Assembly (NCBI GenBank): GCA_963783375.1
Contig: CAWANH010000029.1
Span: 544,001 to 608,000, forward strand
From: Candidatus Eiseniibacteriota bacterium
Lineage (GTDB): Bacteria > Eisenbacteria > RBG-16-71-46 > JABDJR01
Length of the DNA: 64,000 bases
Direction: 5' to 3'
The position numbers and the translations under genes are program-made. The notes beneath the pieces are model-generated. The model saw only the letters and a program-made list of their open reading frames with translations. It was not told the DNA's origin and ran no database searches. How positions within the stretch are numbered: the first letter of the stretch is position 1; the number at the start of each line of letters is the position of its first letter. Positions 49,573 to 60,302 of the stretch are shown one piece after another.

Positions 49573-52027
49573 CCTGCTCCACCCTCTCGCTGTTCTCCGC
49601 GGACTCGCGTTCCCGCTCCTCGAAGGTGAGTTCGTCTCCCCGGCGACCGATCCGGATCACGCCGCCCGGGACGAATTTTCCCGCCAGCACCAGCTCGGCC
49701 AGGGGGTCCTCGATGAGTCGTTGGATGGCCCGGCGGAGCGGCCGCGCCCCCATCTTCGGATCGAAGCCCTTCTCCACCAGGAGGGAGACCGCCGGGGGAG
49801 TGAGGCTCAGGTCCAGGCGGTGCTCGGCCAGGCGGAGCTTGACCTCATCGAGGAGGATCCGCACGATCTGCTCGATCTCCTTTCGGCCCAGGGCCCGGAA
49901 GACGATCACCTCGTCGATGCGGTTCAGGAACTCGGGGTTGAACGCCCGCTTGACCTCGTCCATCACCGTGGAACGCATGCGGTCGTGGGCCTCCTGGGCG
50001 TCGTCGCGGGCGAAACCCACCGAGCTGCGCCCGCCGATCAGCTGGGCTCCGAGGTTCGAGGTCATGATCAGCACGGTGTTCTTGAAGTTCACCTTCCGGC
50101 GCATGCTGTCGGTGAGCTGCCCGTCCTCCAGCACCTGGAGGAGGATGTTGAACACGTCGGGGTGGGCCTTCTCGATCTCGTCCAGGAGGACCACGCTGTA
50201 GGGCTTCCGGCGCACCTTCTCGGTCAGCTGCCCGCCCTCCTCGTACCCCACGTACCCGGGGGGCGCTCCCACCAGCCGGGACACCGAGAACTTCTCCATG
50301 TACTCCGACATGTCGATGCGGATCAGGGCGTCGGGGTCGTCGAAGAGGAACTGGGCCAGCACGCGGGCCAGTTCGGTCTTTCCCACCCCCGTGGGCCCGA
50401 GGAAGATGAACGTGCCGATGGGCCGGCGCGGGTCGCGAAGTCCGGCCCGGTTGCGGCGCACCGCCCGGGACACCGCCTTGACCGCCTCGTCCTGTCCGAC
50501 CACCTTCTCCCGGAGGACCTCCTCCATGCGGAGGAGCTTCTTGGACTCGCTCTCCTCCAGGTTGGACACCGGGATGCCGGTCATCTTGCTGATGACGGTG
50601 GCTATCTCCTCCGCGTCCACCATGGTGGTGTTGACCGAGCGGCTCTCGTTCCATTCCCGCTTCAGCTTGGCCAGCTGCTTGCGGAGGTCCTTCTCCCGAT
50701 CACGAAAGCTGGCCGCCTTCTCGAACTCCTGGTTCTGGATGGCCGCTTCCTTCTCCTTGGAGAGCTCGCCGATCTTGGCCTCCATGTCCCGGAGCTCCTG
50801 GGGAACCACCGAAAGGGACAGCCGGGACCGGGACCCCGCTTCGTCCAGGACGTCGATGGCCTTGTCCGGGAGGAACCGGTCCGAGATGTAGCGGTCGGAG
50901 AGGTAGACCGTGGCCCGGACCGCCTCGTCGGTGAACTTCACCCCGTGATGGGCCTCGTACTTGTCGCGGAGGCCCATGATGATGTGCACGGTCTCTTCCG
51001 CGGTGGGCGGATCGACCATGATGGGTTGGAAGCGGCGCTCCAGGGCCCCGTCCTTCTCGATGTACTTCCGGTACTCATCGAGAGTGGTGGCGCCGATGCA
51101 CTGGATCTCGCCCCGGGCCAGGGCGGGCTTCAACATGTTGCTGGCGTCGATGGCGCCCTCCGCGCCCCCCGCGCCCACGATGGTGTGAAGCTCGTCGATG
51201 AAGATGATGGCGTCCCGCGACTCGCGGATCTCGTTCATGATCGCCTTCAGGCGTTCCTCGAACTGGCCGCGATACTTGGTCCCCGCCACCACCGCGGCCA
51301 GGTCCAGGGTCACGATGCGCTTCTCGGCCAGAAGCTCGGGGATCTTCCCCTCCACGATCCGTTGGGCCAGGCCCTCGGCGATGGCGGTCTTGCCCACCCC
51401 CGGCTCGCCGATCAGGACCGGGTTGTTCTTCTTCCGCCGGCAGAGCACCTGCACCACCCGCTCGATCTCGTTCTCGCGCCCGATGATCGGATCCAGCTTC
51501 ATCTCCCGGGCCAGCTGGGTGAGGTCCCGCCCGAACTGGTTCAGGGCCGGAGTCTCGGACTTCTCCTCTTCCTGGGCTTTCCCGCTGGGCGGACCGCCCA
51601 GGAGCCTCAGGGTCTCGTCCCGCACCTTCTTCCGGTCCACCCCCAGCTCCTGGAGCACCCGCGCCGCGACTCCCTCGCCCTCGCGGATGAGGCCGAGAAG
51701 CAGATGCTCGGTGCCCACGTAGTTGTGGCCGAGCTGGCGGGCTTCCTCGATGGCCAGCTCCAGCACCCGCTTGGCCTTGGGGGTGAAAGGAATCTCGCCC
51801 AGGGTCAGGGTGCTGCCGGGAGCGGCCACCATGCTCTCCACCGTCTGGCGGATCACCTCGAGGTCCAGCCCCAGATTGGTCAGCACGTTGGCGGCGATCC
51901 CCTCGCCTTCCCGGATGAGCCCCAACAGCAGGTGCTCGGTCCCGATGTAGTCGTGCTGAAGGCGTCCGGCCTCCTCGCGGGCCAGGTACATGACCTTGCG
52001 GACGCGTTCGGTAAACTTGTCCTGCAT
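49565..52027 (-). CDS. clpC: ATP-dependent Clp protease ATPase ClpC
   Basis: Two N-terminal repeats (GTEHLLLGL x2), [11 protein letters not shown]-like M domain, [11 protein letters not shown] ClpP-docking loop. Confidence 0.96.
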   Translation of the reverse strand: MQDKFTERVRKVMYLAREEAGRLQHDYIGTEHLLLGLIREGEGIAANVLTNLGLDLEVIRQTVESMVAAPGSTLTLGEIPFTPKAKRVLELAIEEARQLGHNYVGTEHLLLGLIREGEGVAARVLQELGVDRKKVRDETLRLLGGPPSGKAQEEEKSETPALNQFGRDLTQLAREMKLDPIIGRENEIERVVQVLCRRKKNNPVLIGEPGVGKTAIAEGLAQRIVEGKIPELLAEKRIVTLDLAAVVAGTKYRGQFEERLKAIMNEIRESRDAIIFIDELHTIVGAGGAEGAIDASNMLKPALARGEIQCIGATTLDEYRKYIEKDGALERRFQPIMVDPPTAEETVHIIMGLRDKYEAHHGVKFTDEAVRATVYLSDRYISDRFLPDKAIDVLDEAGSRSRLSLSVVPQELRDMEAKIGELSKEKEAAIQNQEFEKAASFRDREKDLRKQLAKLKREWNESRSVNTTMVDAEEIATVISKMTGIPVSNLEESESKKLLRMEEVLREKVVGQDEAVKAVSRAVRRNRAGLRDPRRPIGTFIFLGPTGVGKTELARVLAQFLFDDPDALIRIDMSEYMEKFSVSRLVGAPPGYVGYEEGGQLTEKVRRKPYSVVLLDEIEKAHPDVFNILLQVLEDGQLTDSMRRKVNFKNTVLIMTSNLGAQLIGGRSSVGFARDDAQEAHDRMRSTVMDEVKRAFNPEFLNRIDEVIVFRALGRKEIEQIVRILLDEVKLRLAEHRLDLSLTPPAVSLLVEKGFDPKMGARPLRRAIQRLIEDPLAELVLAGKFVPGGVIRIGRRGDELTFEERERESAENSERVEQGA

Positions 52028-52040
52028 GAGAATCGGCCTC

Positions 52041-53183
52041 CTACTCCTCCCCCCGCGGGGGGTCTTCGGACGGGATACCCCCCATCGGGGAGGAGGGTTC
52101 CGTTTCCGTCCCGGAAAGTCGTTTTCGGATGTAGTCGGCGCGCAGACGACGCCGCTCCTCCTGCTCCAGCTCCCGCCCGGCCCGCCGCGAGACGTGACCG
52201 GGCTGGGAGAAAACCAGAATCTCGTTCAGGACCGGAAGGGGGCAGAGCCCCTCCCGCTCCAGGGCGATGCCGAATCGCACCGCCGAAGCCAGGCTCAGCA
52301 CCTCCACCGAGGAGATGCTCCGGGCGCTCACCAGCGTTCCGTAGGCCCGATAAATCTTGTCTTCGAGCTGAAGACGGGCGCTCCGCCAGATGACCTCGCG
52401 CGCCTCTTCCTCGTACTGGATGATCTGCCGCACCACCTGGTCGAGCCGGCTCACGATCTCGTGCTCGTCGGGCCCGAGGGTGGTCTGGTTGGAGATCTGG
52501 AAGAAGTTCCCCATGACCTCGGTGCCTTCCCCGTAGAACCCCCGCACCGCCATGTTCATGGCCGCCACCCCCTGGATCACCTTCTTGGCCCGGCGGGTGA
52601 GCACCAGGGCGGGCAGATGGGCCAGCACCGAGGCCCGCATGCCGGTCCCCACGTTGGTGGGGCAGGCGGTAAGATAACCCAGAGTGTCGTCGAACGCATA
52701 GTTGAGCCGTGCGTCGAAAATGTCGTCCACTTCGTTGAGCCGGTCCAGGGCCTCTCCCAGACGGAGCCCCGAGAGCATGCTCTGGAGCCGAAGGTGGTCC
52801 TCCTCGTTCACCATGACGGTGAGGGACTCCCCGTTCGCCACCAACACCCCCCGGCGGCGGTGGCCCCCGGCCAGATCGCGGCTCACCAGCCGCCGCTCCA
52901 CCAGGAGGCTCAGGTCCTCCGGGGCCAGGGCGTCGCAGGGTATGTACACCGCGTCGTCGAAACCGGGGATGTCGGTCATGGCCCCCCGCACCCGGCTCAC
53001 CACCGCGCCCTGCTGCGGCTCGGTGCTCAACCCGGGAAAGGGCACTTCCCCCAGGTTCCGGGCGAATCGAACCCGGGAGGACAGGATGACCGGCGCCGCC
53101 GGCCCCGGCTCCGACGCCCAGCGGGGGACGCGGGCCGCCAGCCGGGCGAAGACCGCCGCCGTCGCCTTACCGTTCCCCTTCAT
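52041..53183 (-). CDS. mcsB: Protein arginine kinase McsB
   Basis: LSSRVRFARNL, LVERRLVS, MVNEEDHLRLQ, CPTNVGTGMRAS, RGFYGEG, FQISNQTTLG; ATG 53183. Confidence 0.94.
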   Translation of the reverse strand: MKGNGKATAAVFARLAARVPRWASEPGPAAPVILSSRVRFARNLGEVPFPGLSTEPQQGAVVSRVRGAMTDIPGFDDAVYIPCDALAPEDLSLLVERRLVSRDLAGGHRRRGVLVANGESLTVMVNEEDHLRLQSMLSGLRLGEALDRLNEVDDIFDARLNYAFDDTLGYLTACPTNVGTGMRASVLAHLPALVLTRRAKKVIQGVAAMNMAVRGFYGEGTEVMGNFFQISNQTTLGPDEHEIVSRLDQVVRQIIQYEEEAREVIWRSARLQLEDKIYRAYGTLVSARSISSVEVLSLASAVRFGIALEREGLCPLPVLNEILVFSQPGHVSRRAGRELEQEERRRLRADYIRKRLSGTETEPSSPMGGIPSEDPPRGEE

Positions 53184-53723
53184 CGCTTCTGCTTCTCCCC
53201 GGCGGGATCCCCGGTTTCCATCTTCCGGATGTGATCGCGGATCTCCGCCGCGCGCTCGTATTCCTCGTCCGCCACCGCCCGCTCCAGGTCCTCGGTGAGG
53301 CGGCGGAGGCGCGCCCCCTGCTCGTAGGCCGCGCCTTCGCGCCGGGGCCGCTTCCCCTTGTGGCGAATCGAACCCTGGATGCGCCGGAACATCGGGGTCA
53401 GCTCCTCGGCGAACGTCTCGTAGCACCGGTGGCAGCCGAGCCGGCCGGTCTCCCGGAATCGGGCGTAGGTGAGCCCGCACCCCGCGCAGACCGCTCCGCT
53501 TCCCCGGGTCTCCCCGATGCTCTTCATGAGCACCGAGAGGGGGTCGGCGGAAGACCCCTCCGGCGTCGCCGATCCCGGGCTCCACGCCCTCGATCTGGGC
53601 GCAGGAGAGGCAGAGGTGGCGCTCCACCTCCTCCTCGTCGGTCACCCGGCGCACCCGCACGGAGGCGGGCTCGGCGCCGCAGCGTTCGCAGGTCTGGGGG
53701 TCGGTTTCCGGGTTCTCGCTCAT
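53180..53723 (-). CDS. mcsA: McsA activator (one frameshift at about 53540-53590)
   Basis: CERC, HLCLSCA, then CAGCG, GRLGCHRCY, HKGKRP and the UVR motif EEYERAAEIRD. Confidence 0.9.
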
Positions 53724-53762
53724 AAGTCGTTTCCGGGCCCGCGCATGGCGCGCCCACTACGG

Positions 53763-54479
53763 TTATCGGCCGGTCTGCCCGGCGGTTGCGGCTCTATCGG
53801 GATAGAGCTTTCCACCCTCCAAACGGTACACCTCATCGGCCCGGGCGGCCAGTCGCTCGTCATGGGTGGCCACGAGGGTGGTCTGGCCGCGTTCGTGGAC
53901 CAGGTGAGCCAGAAGGGCGTGGAGGTCCTCGCTGCTCGTCCGATCCAGGTTTCCGGAGGGTTCATCCGCGAGGAGGAGGGCCGGCCGGTTTATCAGAGCC
54001 CGCGCCACCGCCACCCGCTGCTGCTCCCCTCCGGACAGCTCCCCGGGCCGATGGCTGCTCCTTCCCGCCAGACCGACATTTTCCAACAGTTTAGCCGCTT
54101 CGCTTGCCACTTCATACCGCTTCCGCCCCGCGATCAGTCCCGGCATCATCACGTTTTCCAGGGCGGTGAATTCCGGCAGGAGGTGGTGGAACTGGAACAC
54201 GAATCCAATCGAGCGATTCCGGAATCGCGCCCGATCCCCCGAGGACGTGGCGAACACGTTCCGCCCCTCGAAGAGCACGGTGCCGGCGGTCGGGCGGTCC
54301 AGGGTGCCCAGAACGTGCAGGAGGGTGCTCTTCCCCGAGCCGGAGGCCCCGATGATCGCGGTCAGGGTCCGCGGCCGCGGGGTGAAGTCCAGGTTCTCGA
54401 GCACCACGAGGTCACCCCCCGGCGAGGGATAGACCTTGCCGAGGCCGCGGACCTCGAGGAGGGTCCCCGACGCGTTCAT
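53763..54479 (-). CDS. lolD: Lipoprotein-releasing ABC transporter ATPase
   Basis: GASGSGKST, GFVFQFHHLL, LSGGEQQR, ADEPSGNLD. Confidence 0.92.
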   Translation of the reverse strand: MNASGTLLEVRGLGKVYPSPGGDLVVLENLDFTPRPRTLTAIIGASGSGKSTLLHVLGTLDRPTAGTVLFEGRNVFATSSGDRARFRNRSIGFVFQFHHLLPEFTALENVMMPGLIAGRKRYEVASEAAKLLENVGLAGRSSHRPGELSGGEQQRVAVARALINRPALLLADEPSGNLDRTSSEDLHALLAHLVHERGQTTLVATHDERLAARADEVYRLEGGKLYPDRAATAGQTGR

Positions 54480-54521
54480 CGATCCGCCTTTCCGGGCGCG
54501 CGCCCCGCCCCGGCGGTTCCC

Positions 54522-55751
54522 TCACGCCTCACGGATGGTCTCCACCGGATCCAGCCGGGCCGCCTTCCACGCCGGGTACAGGGTGGCCAGCGTGCTGATC
54601 ACGAACACCGTCGCGCACACCGTGAGCACGTCCGCCCCCTCCAGCCGCACCGGCAGGGTGCTCAGGAAGTAGACGTCGGGGGGAAGGTGCATGGGATAGC
54701 GGTCCAGCAGCCATGCCCCCCCGAGCCCGAGCAGGAGGCCGAGACCGATGCCCAGCACCCCGATCTCCATTCCGTTGGCCATGAAGATGCGGAGGATCTC
54801 CCCGTCGGTGGCACCCATGGACTTGAGGACCCCGATCTCCCTCCGTTTCTCCATCACCATCATGATGAGCACCCCCACTATGTTGAAGGCGGCCACCAGC
54901 ACGATCAGGAGAAGGATCACGCTCATCCCCGCCTTCTCCAGCTTCATCCAGACGAACAGGTTCTCGTTGAGTTCGATCCAGGTATTGATGCGATAGGGAT
55001 AGCCGCCCAGGGCCCGAAGCACCTCGGTCTTGAGCCGCTCCGCCTGGAAGCTGTCCCGGATCTTCACTTCGATCCCGGTGGCCCCGGACCCCAGTCCATA
55101 GAAACGTTGGGCCTCGGCCAGGGAGATGAAGGCCAGGGAGGAATCGTACTCGTAGAGTCCCGAGCTGAAGATCCCCCCTACCCGGTACTTGCGGAACTTG
55201 GGAACGAACCCCAGGGGGGAGGCCGAGCCCTGGAACGGCCCGCTCAAGAGCACCTCGTCCCCTTCCGAGGCGCGGAGGCGGTCGGCCAGGTTCCGGCCCA
55301 GGATGATGAGGGGGGTCTCCCCCGGGGACACCCCGAGGGAATCGAGGGGGGGACTGACGTTCCGGGCCACCGTGGTCACCGACCGCTCGGCTCGGAGATC
55401 GACCCCCTTCACGATGACCCCGTCGGAGCGGTCCCCCACCTGCACCAACCCCTTGCCGTAGACGAAGGGGGCCACCCCCTCCACCTGGGGAACCCCGGCG
55501 ATCACCGCGGCCACCGAGTCCGGCCGGGCGATGGTGTCGGTGTCGTAACGGAGAACGATCAGGGCGGCGTTGGTCCCCACGATGCGGGAGCGCACTTCCT
55601 GCTCGAACCCGTTCATCACCGAGAGCACGATGATGAGGACCGCCACCCCCAGCGCGACGCCGCCCACCGAGATCCAGGTGATGAGGGAGATGAAGCCGGT
55701 GCGCTTCTTGGAGCGGAGGTACCGGTCGGCGACGAAGACCTCGAAGCGCAT
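54522..55751 (-). CDS. lolE: Lipoprotein-releasing ABC transporter permease LolC/E
   Basis: RYLRSK, SVMNGF, VAAFNI, KRREIGVLKSMGA, YPAWKAA. Confidence 0.9.
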   Translation of the reverse strand: MRFEVFVADRYLRSKKRTGFISLITWISVGGVALGVAVLIIVLSVMNGFEQEVRSRIVGTNAALIVLRYDTDTIARPDSVAAVIAGVPQVEGVAPFVYGKGLVQVGDRSDGVIVKGVDLRAERSVTTVARNVSPPLDSLGVSPGETPLIILGRNLADRLRASEGDEVLLSGPFQGSASPLGFVPKFRKYRVGGIFSSGLYEYDSSLAFISLAEAQRFYGLGSGATGIEVKIRDSFQAERLKTEVLRALGGYPYRINTWIELNENLFVWMKLEKAGMSVILLLIVLVAAFNIVGVLIMMVMEKRREIGVLKSMGATDGEILRIFMANGMEIGVLGIGLGLLLGLGGAWLLDRYPMHLPPDVYFLSTLPVRLEGADVLTVCATVFVISTLATLYPAWKAARLDPVETIREA

Positions 55752-55760
55752 GTCTGGAGC

Positions 55761-57290
<1,530 letters not shown>

Positions 57291-57315
57291 GTTCGGGCGT
57301 TCTCCCCGGCGAAGA

Positions 57316-58749
57316 TCAGGTCCGGACGGCGTGACGGGCCGGCGGCGACGTCACCCCCTCCACCGCGCGGCGGAGGGTCTCGTCCACCAGCCGGACCGGA
57401 TACCGGCCGGTGAAGCAGGCGTAGCAATGCTCGGAGGGGGCCTTGACCGCGGAACGGAGCCCCTCCTCGGAGAGGTAGCCCAGGCTCGCCACCCCCAGGA
57501 ACTCCCGGATCTCCTCCAGGGTGGAATTGGCGGCGATGAGCTCCCCCCGCTCCGGCGTGTCGATGCCGTAGTAGCACGGACCCACGATGGGGGGGCTGGC
57601 GATCCGGAGATGCACTTCCTTCACCCCGGCGCGCTTCAGGAGCCGGACCAGCTTGTGACTGGTGGTTCCCCGCACCACGGAGTCGTCCACCACCACCACC
57701 CGCTTCCCCTCCAGGATGGGGCGGACCGCGTTGTACTTGACCCGCACCCCCGCCTCGCGCAGGTGCTGGCCGGGGCGGATGAAGGTGCGGCCGATGTAGT
57801 GGTTCCGGATGAGGCCCAGTTCGAAGGGAAGCCCCGAGGCCTCGGAATAGCCGAGAGCGGCGGAATTGGACGAGTCGGGGACGGAGATCACGCAGTCGGC
57901 CGCGACCGGATGCTCCTCGGCCAGCCGCCGCCCGAGGCGCCGCCGCACCCGATCCACCGGCTCGCCGAAGATCACGCTGTCCGGCCGAGAGAAATAGATG
58001 AGCTCGAACACGCACTTGTGGAGCGGGGTGGCGGGGAGCCGGCCGACGGTGCGAAGCCCCCGCTCGTCCAGGGCCACCACCTCCCCCGGTTCCACCTCCC
58101 GTACGAACTCCGCCTCCACGATGTCCAGGGCGCAGGTTTCGGAGGCCACGATCCACCCTCCGCGGAGCCGCCCCACCGCCAGGGGGCGGAACCCGTGGCT
58201 GTCCCGGGCGGCGTAGACCGCCTCGGGGGTGAGAACGGTGATGGAGAACGCCCCCTCCACCTGGTGAAGCGCTCCCATGAGCCGCCCCTCGAAGCTCGCC
58301 GCCCGCGAGGACGCGATGAGGTGCACCATGACCTCGCTGTCCGAGGTGGTCTGGAAGATGGATCCGCCCTCTTCCATCCCCCGCCGGAGCGTCGCCGCGT
58401 TCACGATCTGGCCGTTGTGGGCCATGGCGAGGTCCCCGCCGTGGTAGGTGACCCAGATGGGTTGGGCGTTGCGAAGGCTCGAGGATCCCTTGGTGGAGTA
58501 GCGGTTGTGGCCGATGCCGTTCGGGCCGGGGAGACGGGCCAGGACGTCGTCGTCGAACACGTCGGAAACCAGCCCCATCGCCTTGTGGTGATGGAACCGT
58601 CCTTCCTCGGAGGTCACGATCCCGCTCGACTCCTGCCCGCGGTGCTGGAGCGCGTATAGGGCCAGGTAGGCCGCCTCAGCCGCCCGGGGAACCCCGTAGA
58701 CCCCCACCACCCCGCATTCGTCGTGCAGATGATCCTCGCTGTCCAACAC
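57316..58749 (-). CDS. purF: Amidophosphoribosyltransferase (propeptide, Fe-S type)
   Basis: DECG N-terminal nucleophile, QHRGQE, GHNRYST, VDDSVVRGTT, Cys motifs CVFE/CYYG/CYAC. Confidence 0.96.
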   Translation of the reverse strand: MLDSEDHLHDECGVVGVYGVPRAAEAAYLALYALQHRGQESSGIVTSEEGRFHHHKAMGLVSDVFDDDVLARLPGPNGIGHNRYSTKGSSSLRNAQPIWVTYHGGDLAMAHNGQIVNAATLRRGMEEGGSIFQTTSDSEVMVHLIASSRAASFEGRLMGALHQVEGAFSITVLTPEAVYAARDSHGFRPLAVGRLRGGWIVASETCALDIVEAEFVREVEPGEVVALDERGLRTVGRLPATPLHKCVFELIYFSRPDSVIFGEPVDRVRRRLGRRLAEEHPVAADCVISVPDSSNSAALGYSEASGLPFELGLIRNHYIGRTFIRPGQHLREAGVRVKYNAVRPILEGKRVVVVDDSVVRGTTSHKLVRLLKRAGVKEVHLRIASPPIVGPCYYGIDTPERGELIAANSTLEEIREFLGVASLGYLSEEGLRSAVKAPSEHCYACFTGRYPVRLVDETLRRAVEGVTSPPARHAVRT

Positions 58750-58869
58750 GTCGTTCCTTTCCGGTAGGTCGGCTGCACGCCCCTCGGGGCCATAGCGGAC
58801 GGCCCGATAGGGCGACTCTTCCGATCGTTTGGGTTCGCCCCGCCCGGCCCCGGCGGGAAGCGTACGATT

Positions 58870-59439
58870 CTACCCGACCCGCTCCCGCCCTGTCGTCCCC
58901 AAGAGCGCGCGCGCGATCTCCGCGGCGGTGGGGGGCGCGCGGAACACCGTCGCGTCCTCCAGGTGGGGATTGGCCAGGAGGCCCTGCTTGCGCTCCCGGG
59001 TCACCGCGATTTCCGCGGCCAGATCCGCCGCCTCCTCCCCCTCCACCCCCAACGACAGCTCCCACAGAACCGCGCGGCGGGTGGCCGGAGGCGCCCCCTC
59101 CACCAGGCGGTGGCGGGCCAGGGTCGTCTCGAGGTCCTCACCCTCGCCGGGAACCGCGACCATCACCCAGACGTTCCCCCGGGGTTCGAGCGCCTCGTCT
59201 CCCACCGCGATCTCGAGACGGTGCTTGTTGGGGTTCAGGATCAGGTTGGTCTCGCGCGCCAGGCGGGCGAGCACCCCGCGGGCATCGGATTCGGCGTCCC
59301 AGCGGAAGCACCAGACTTCCGAACGCGCCACCTCCTCGACCTTCCGCCCGTAGGCCAGCGCCCGCTGCAGGGTCTCGCGGGCGGTGAGGGCGGTGGGATC
59401 GCCCACCTTGAGCCACAGTCGCACCACCGCGTCGGTCAT
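58870..59439 (-). CDS. purS: PurS-like protein with two tandem PurS-like units (189 aa)
   Basis: LKVGDP...LILNPNKH and ...GLLANPHLE; directly downstream of purQ with ATGA overlap. Confidence 0.7.
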   Translation of the reverse strand: MTDAVVRLWLKVGDPTALTARETLQRALAYGRKVEEVARSEVWCFRWDAESDARGVLARLARETNLILNPNKHRLEIAVGDEALEPRGNVWVMVAVPGEGEDLETTLARHRLVEGAPPATRRAVLWELSLGVEGEEAADLAAEIAVTRERKQGLLANPHLEDATVFRAPPTAAEIARALLGTTGRERVG

Positions 59440-60302
59440 GACCGCTCCTCCCTCCGTCCCCAGCGCAGATAGTCGGAAAGGGACTGGAACACCCGGAACC
59501 CGGGACCGGGCCCTTCCAGCGCATCCCGGCGGCGGGCGGCCTCGATCCGCTTCTCCCCCCACGGCCCCGGGATCGACTCCGGCACCTGGCGGAGCCAGGC
59601 CGCCCGTTCGGGGTGGGGCATGAAGGCGAGCACGTTCCCCGCCGGGTTGGTCACCCCCGCCGCGCCCAGGAGCGAGCCGTTGGGGTTCAGGGGGAACGGC
59701 GGGTCCTCGTCTCCGTCCGGGCTCACGTAACGGAGCGGCACCTGCCCCGCCTCGGCCCAGATCCGGAACTGCTCGGGATCCCGCACGGTGAACCTCCCCT
59801 GGGCGTGGGCCAGGGGAACCGGGAACACCTCCCCCTCCTCGAACCGCGAGGTGAACGCGGTCTCCCGCCCCTCCTTGGTCACCCGCACGTGGACCCAGCC
59901 GCAGTAGTAGCCCTTCCAGCCGGCGGCGTTGGCCCCGAGGGCCATCTCCACCCGGCCCGGGCTCCCGCCGGGCACGAGCCCGGCCTCCACCAACACCTGG
60001 GCGCCGTTACAGATGCCCAGGACCGGCTTCCCCGCCTCGGCCGCCCGGGCCACCACGTCCAGGGCCGGCGCCTTGGCCGCCACCGCCCCCGCCCGGATAC
60101 GGTCCTCGTAGGAGAACCCCCCGGGCAGCACGTAGGCGTCGAAGGACTCGAGGTCGGCGGAGGGACGATTCCAGCGGAAGATCTCGGCGGTGAGTTCGGC
60201 GCGGGCCAGGGCGGCGCGGGTCTCGTGCTCGCAGTTCACGCCCGGAAGCTGGAGCACCGCCACCCGAGGCCACGGCGCTTCGCGGAGATGAGGCGTGCTC
60301 AT
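59436..60302 (-). CDS. purQ: FGAM synthase glutaminase subunit
   Basis: PGVNCE, PGGFSYED, GICNG, NPNGS, MPHPER; ATG 60302. Confidence 0.95.
   Translation of the reverse strand: MSTPHLREAPWPRVAVLQLPGVNCEHETRAALARAELTAEIFRWNRPSADLESFDAYVLPGGFSYEDRIRAGAVAAKAPALDVVARAAEAGKPVLGICNGAQVLVEAGLVPGGSPGRVEMALGANAAGWKGYYCGWVHVRVTKEGRETAFTSRFEEGEVFPVPLAHAQGRFTVRDPEQFRIWAEAGQVPLRYVSPDGDEDPPFPLNPNGSLLGAAGVTNPAGNVLAFMPHPERAAWLRQVPESIPGPWGEKRIEAARRRDALEGPGPGFRVFQSLSDYLRWGRREERS

Noticed and set aside
46780-52393. Long plus-strand ORFs opposite bamA and clpC (likewise lon, mutL, purL)
   Set aside because: Antisense shadows expected from GC-rich codon usage; no motifs or RBS.
52041-53723. Apparent McsA-McsB fusion (560 aa)
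   Set aside because: Frameshift in mcsA. The linker is nonsense while the real McsA C-terminus is in frame 53180..53533.
58750-58869. Possible purine-related riboswitch before purF
   Set aside because: No ZTP, PRPP/ykkC or purine riboswitch consensus recognised; an Rfam scan would settle it.
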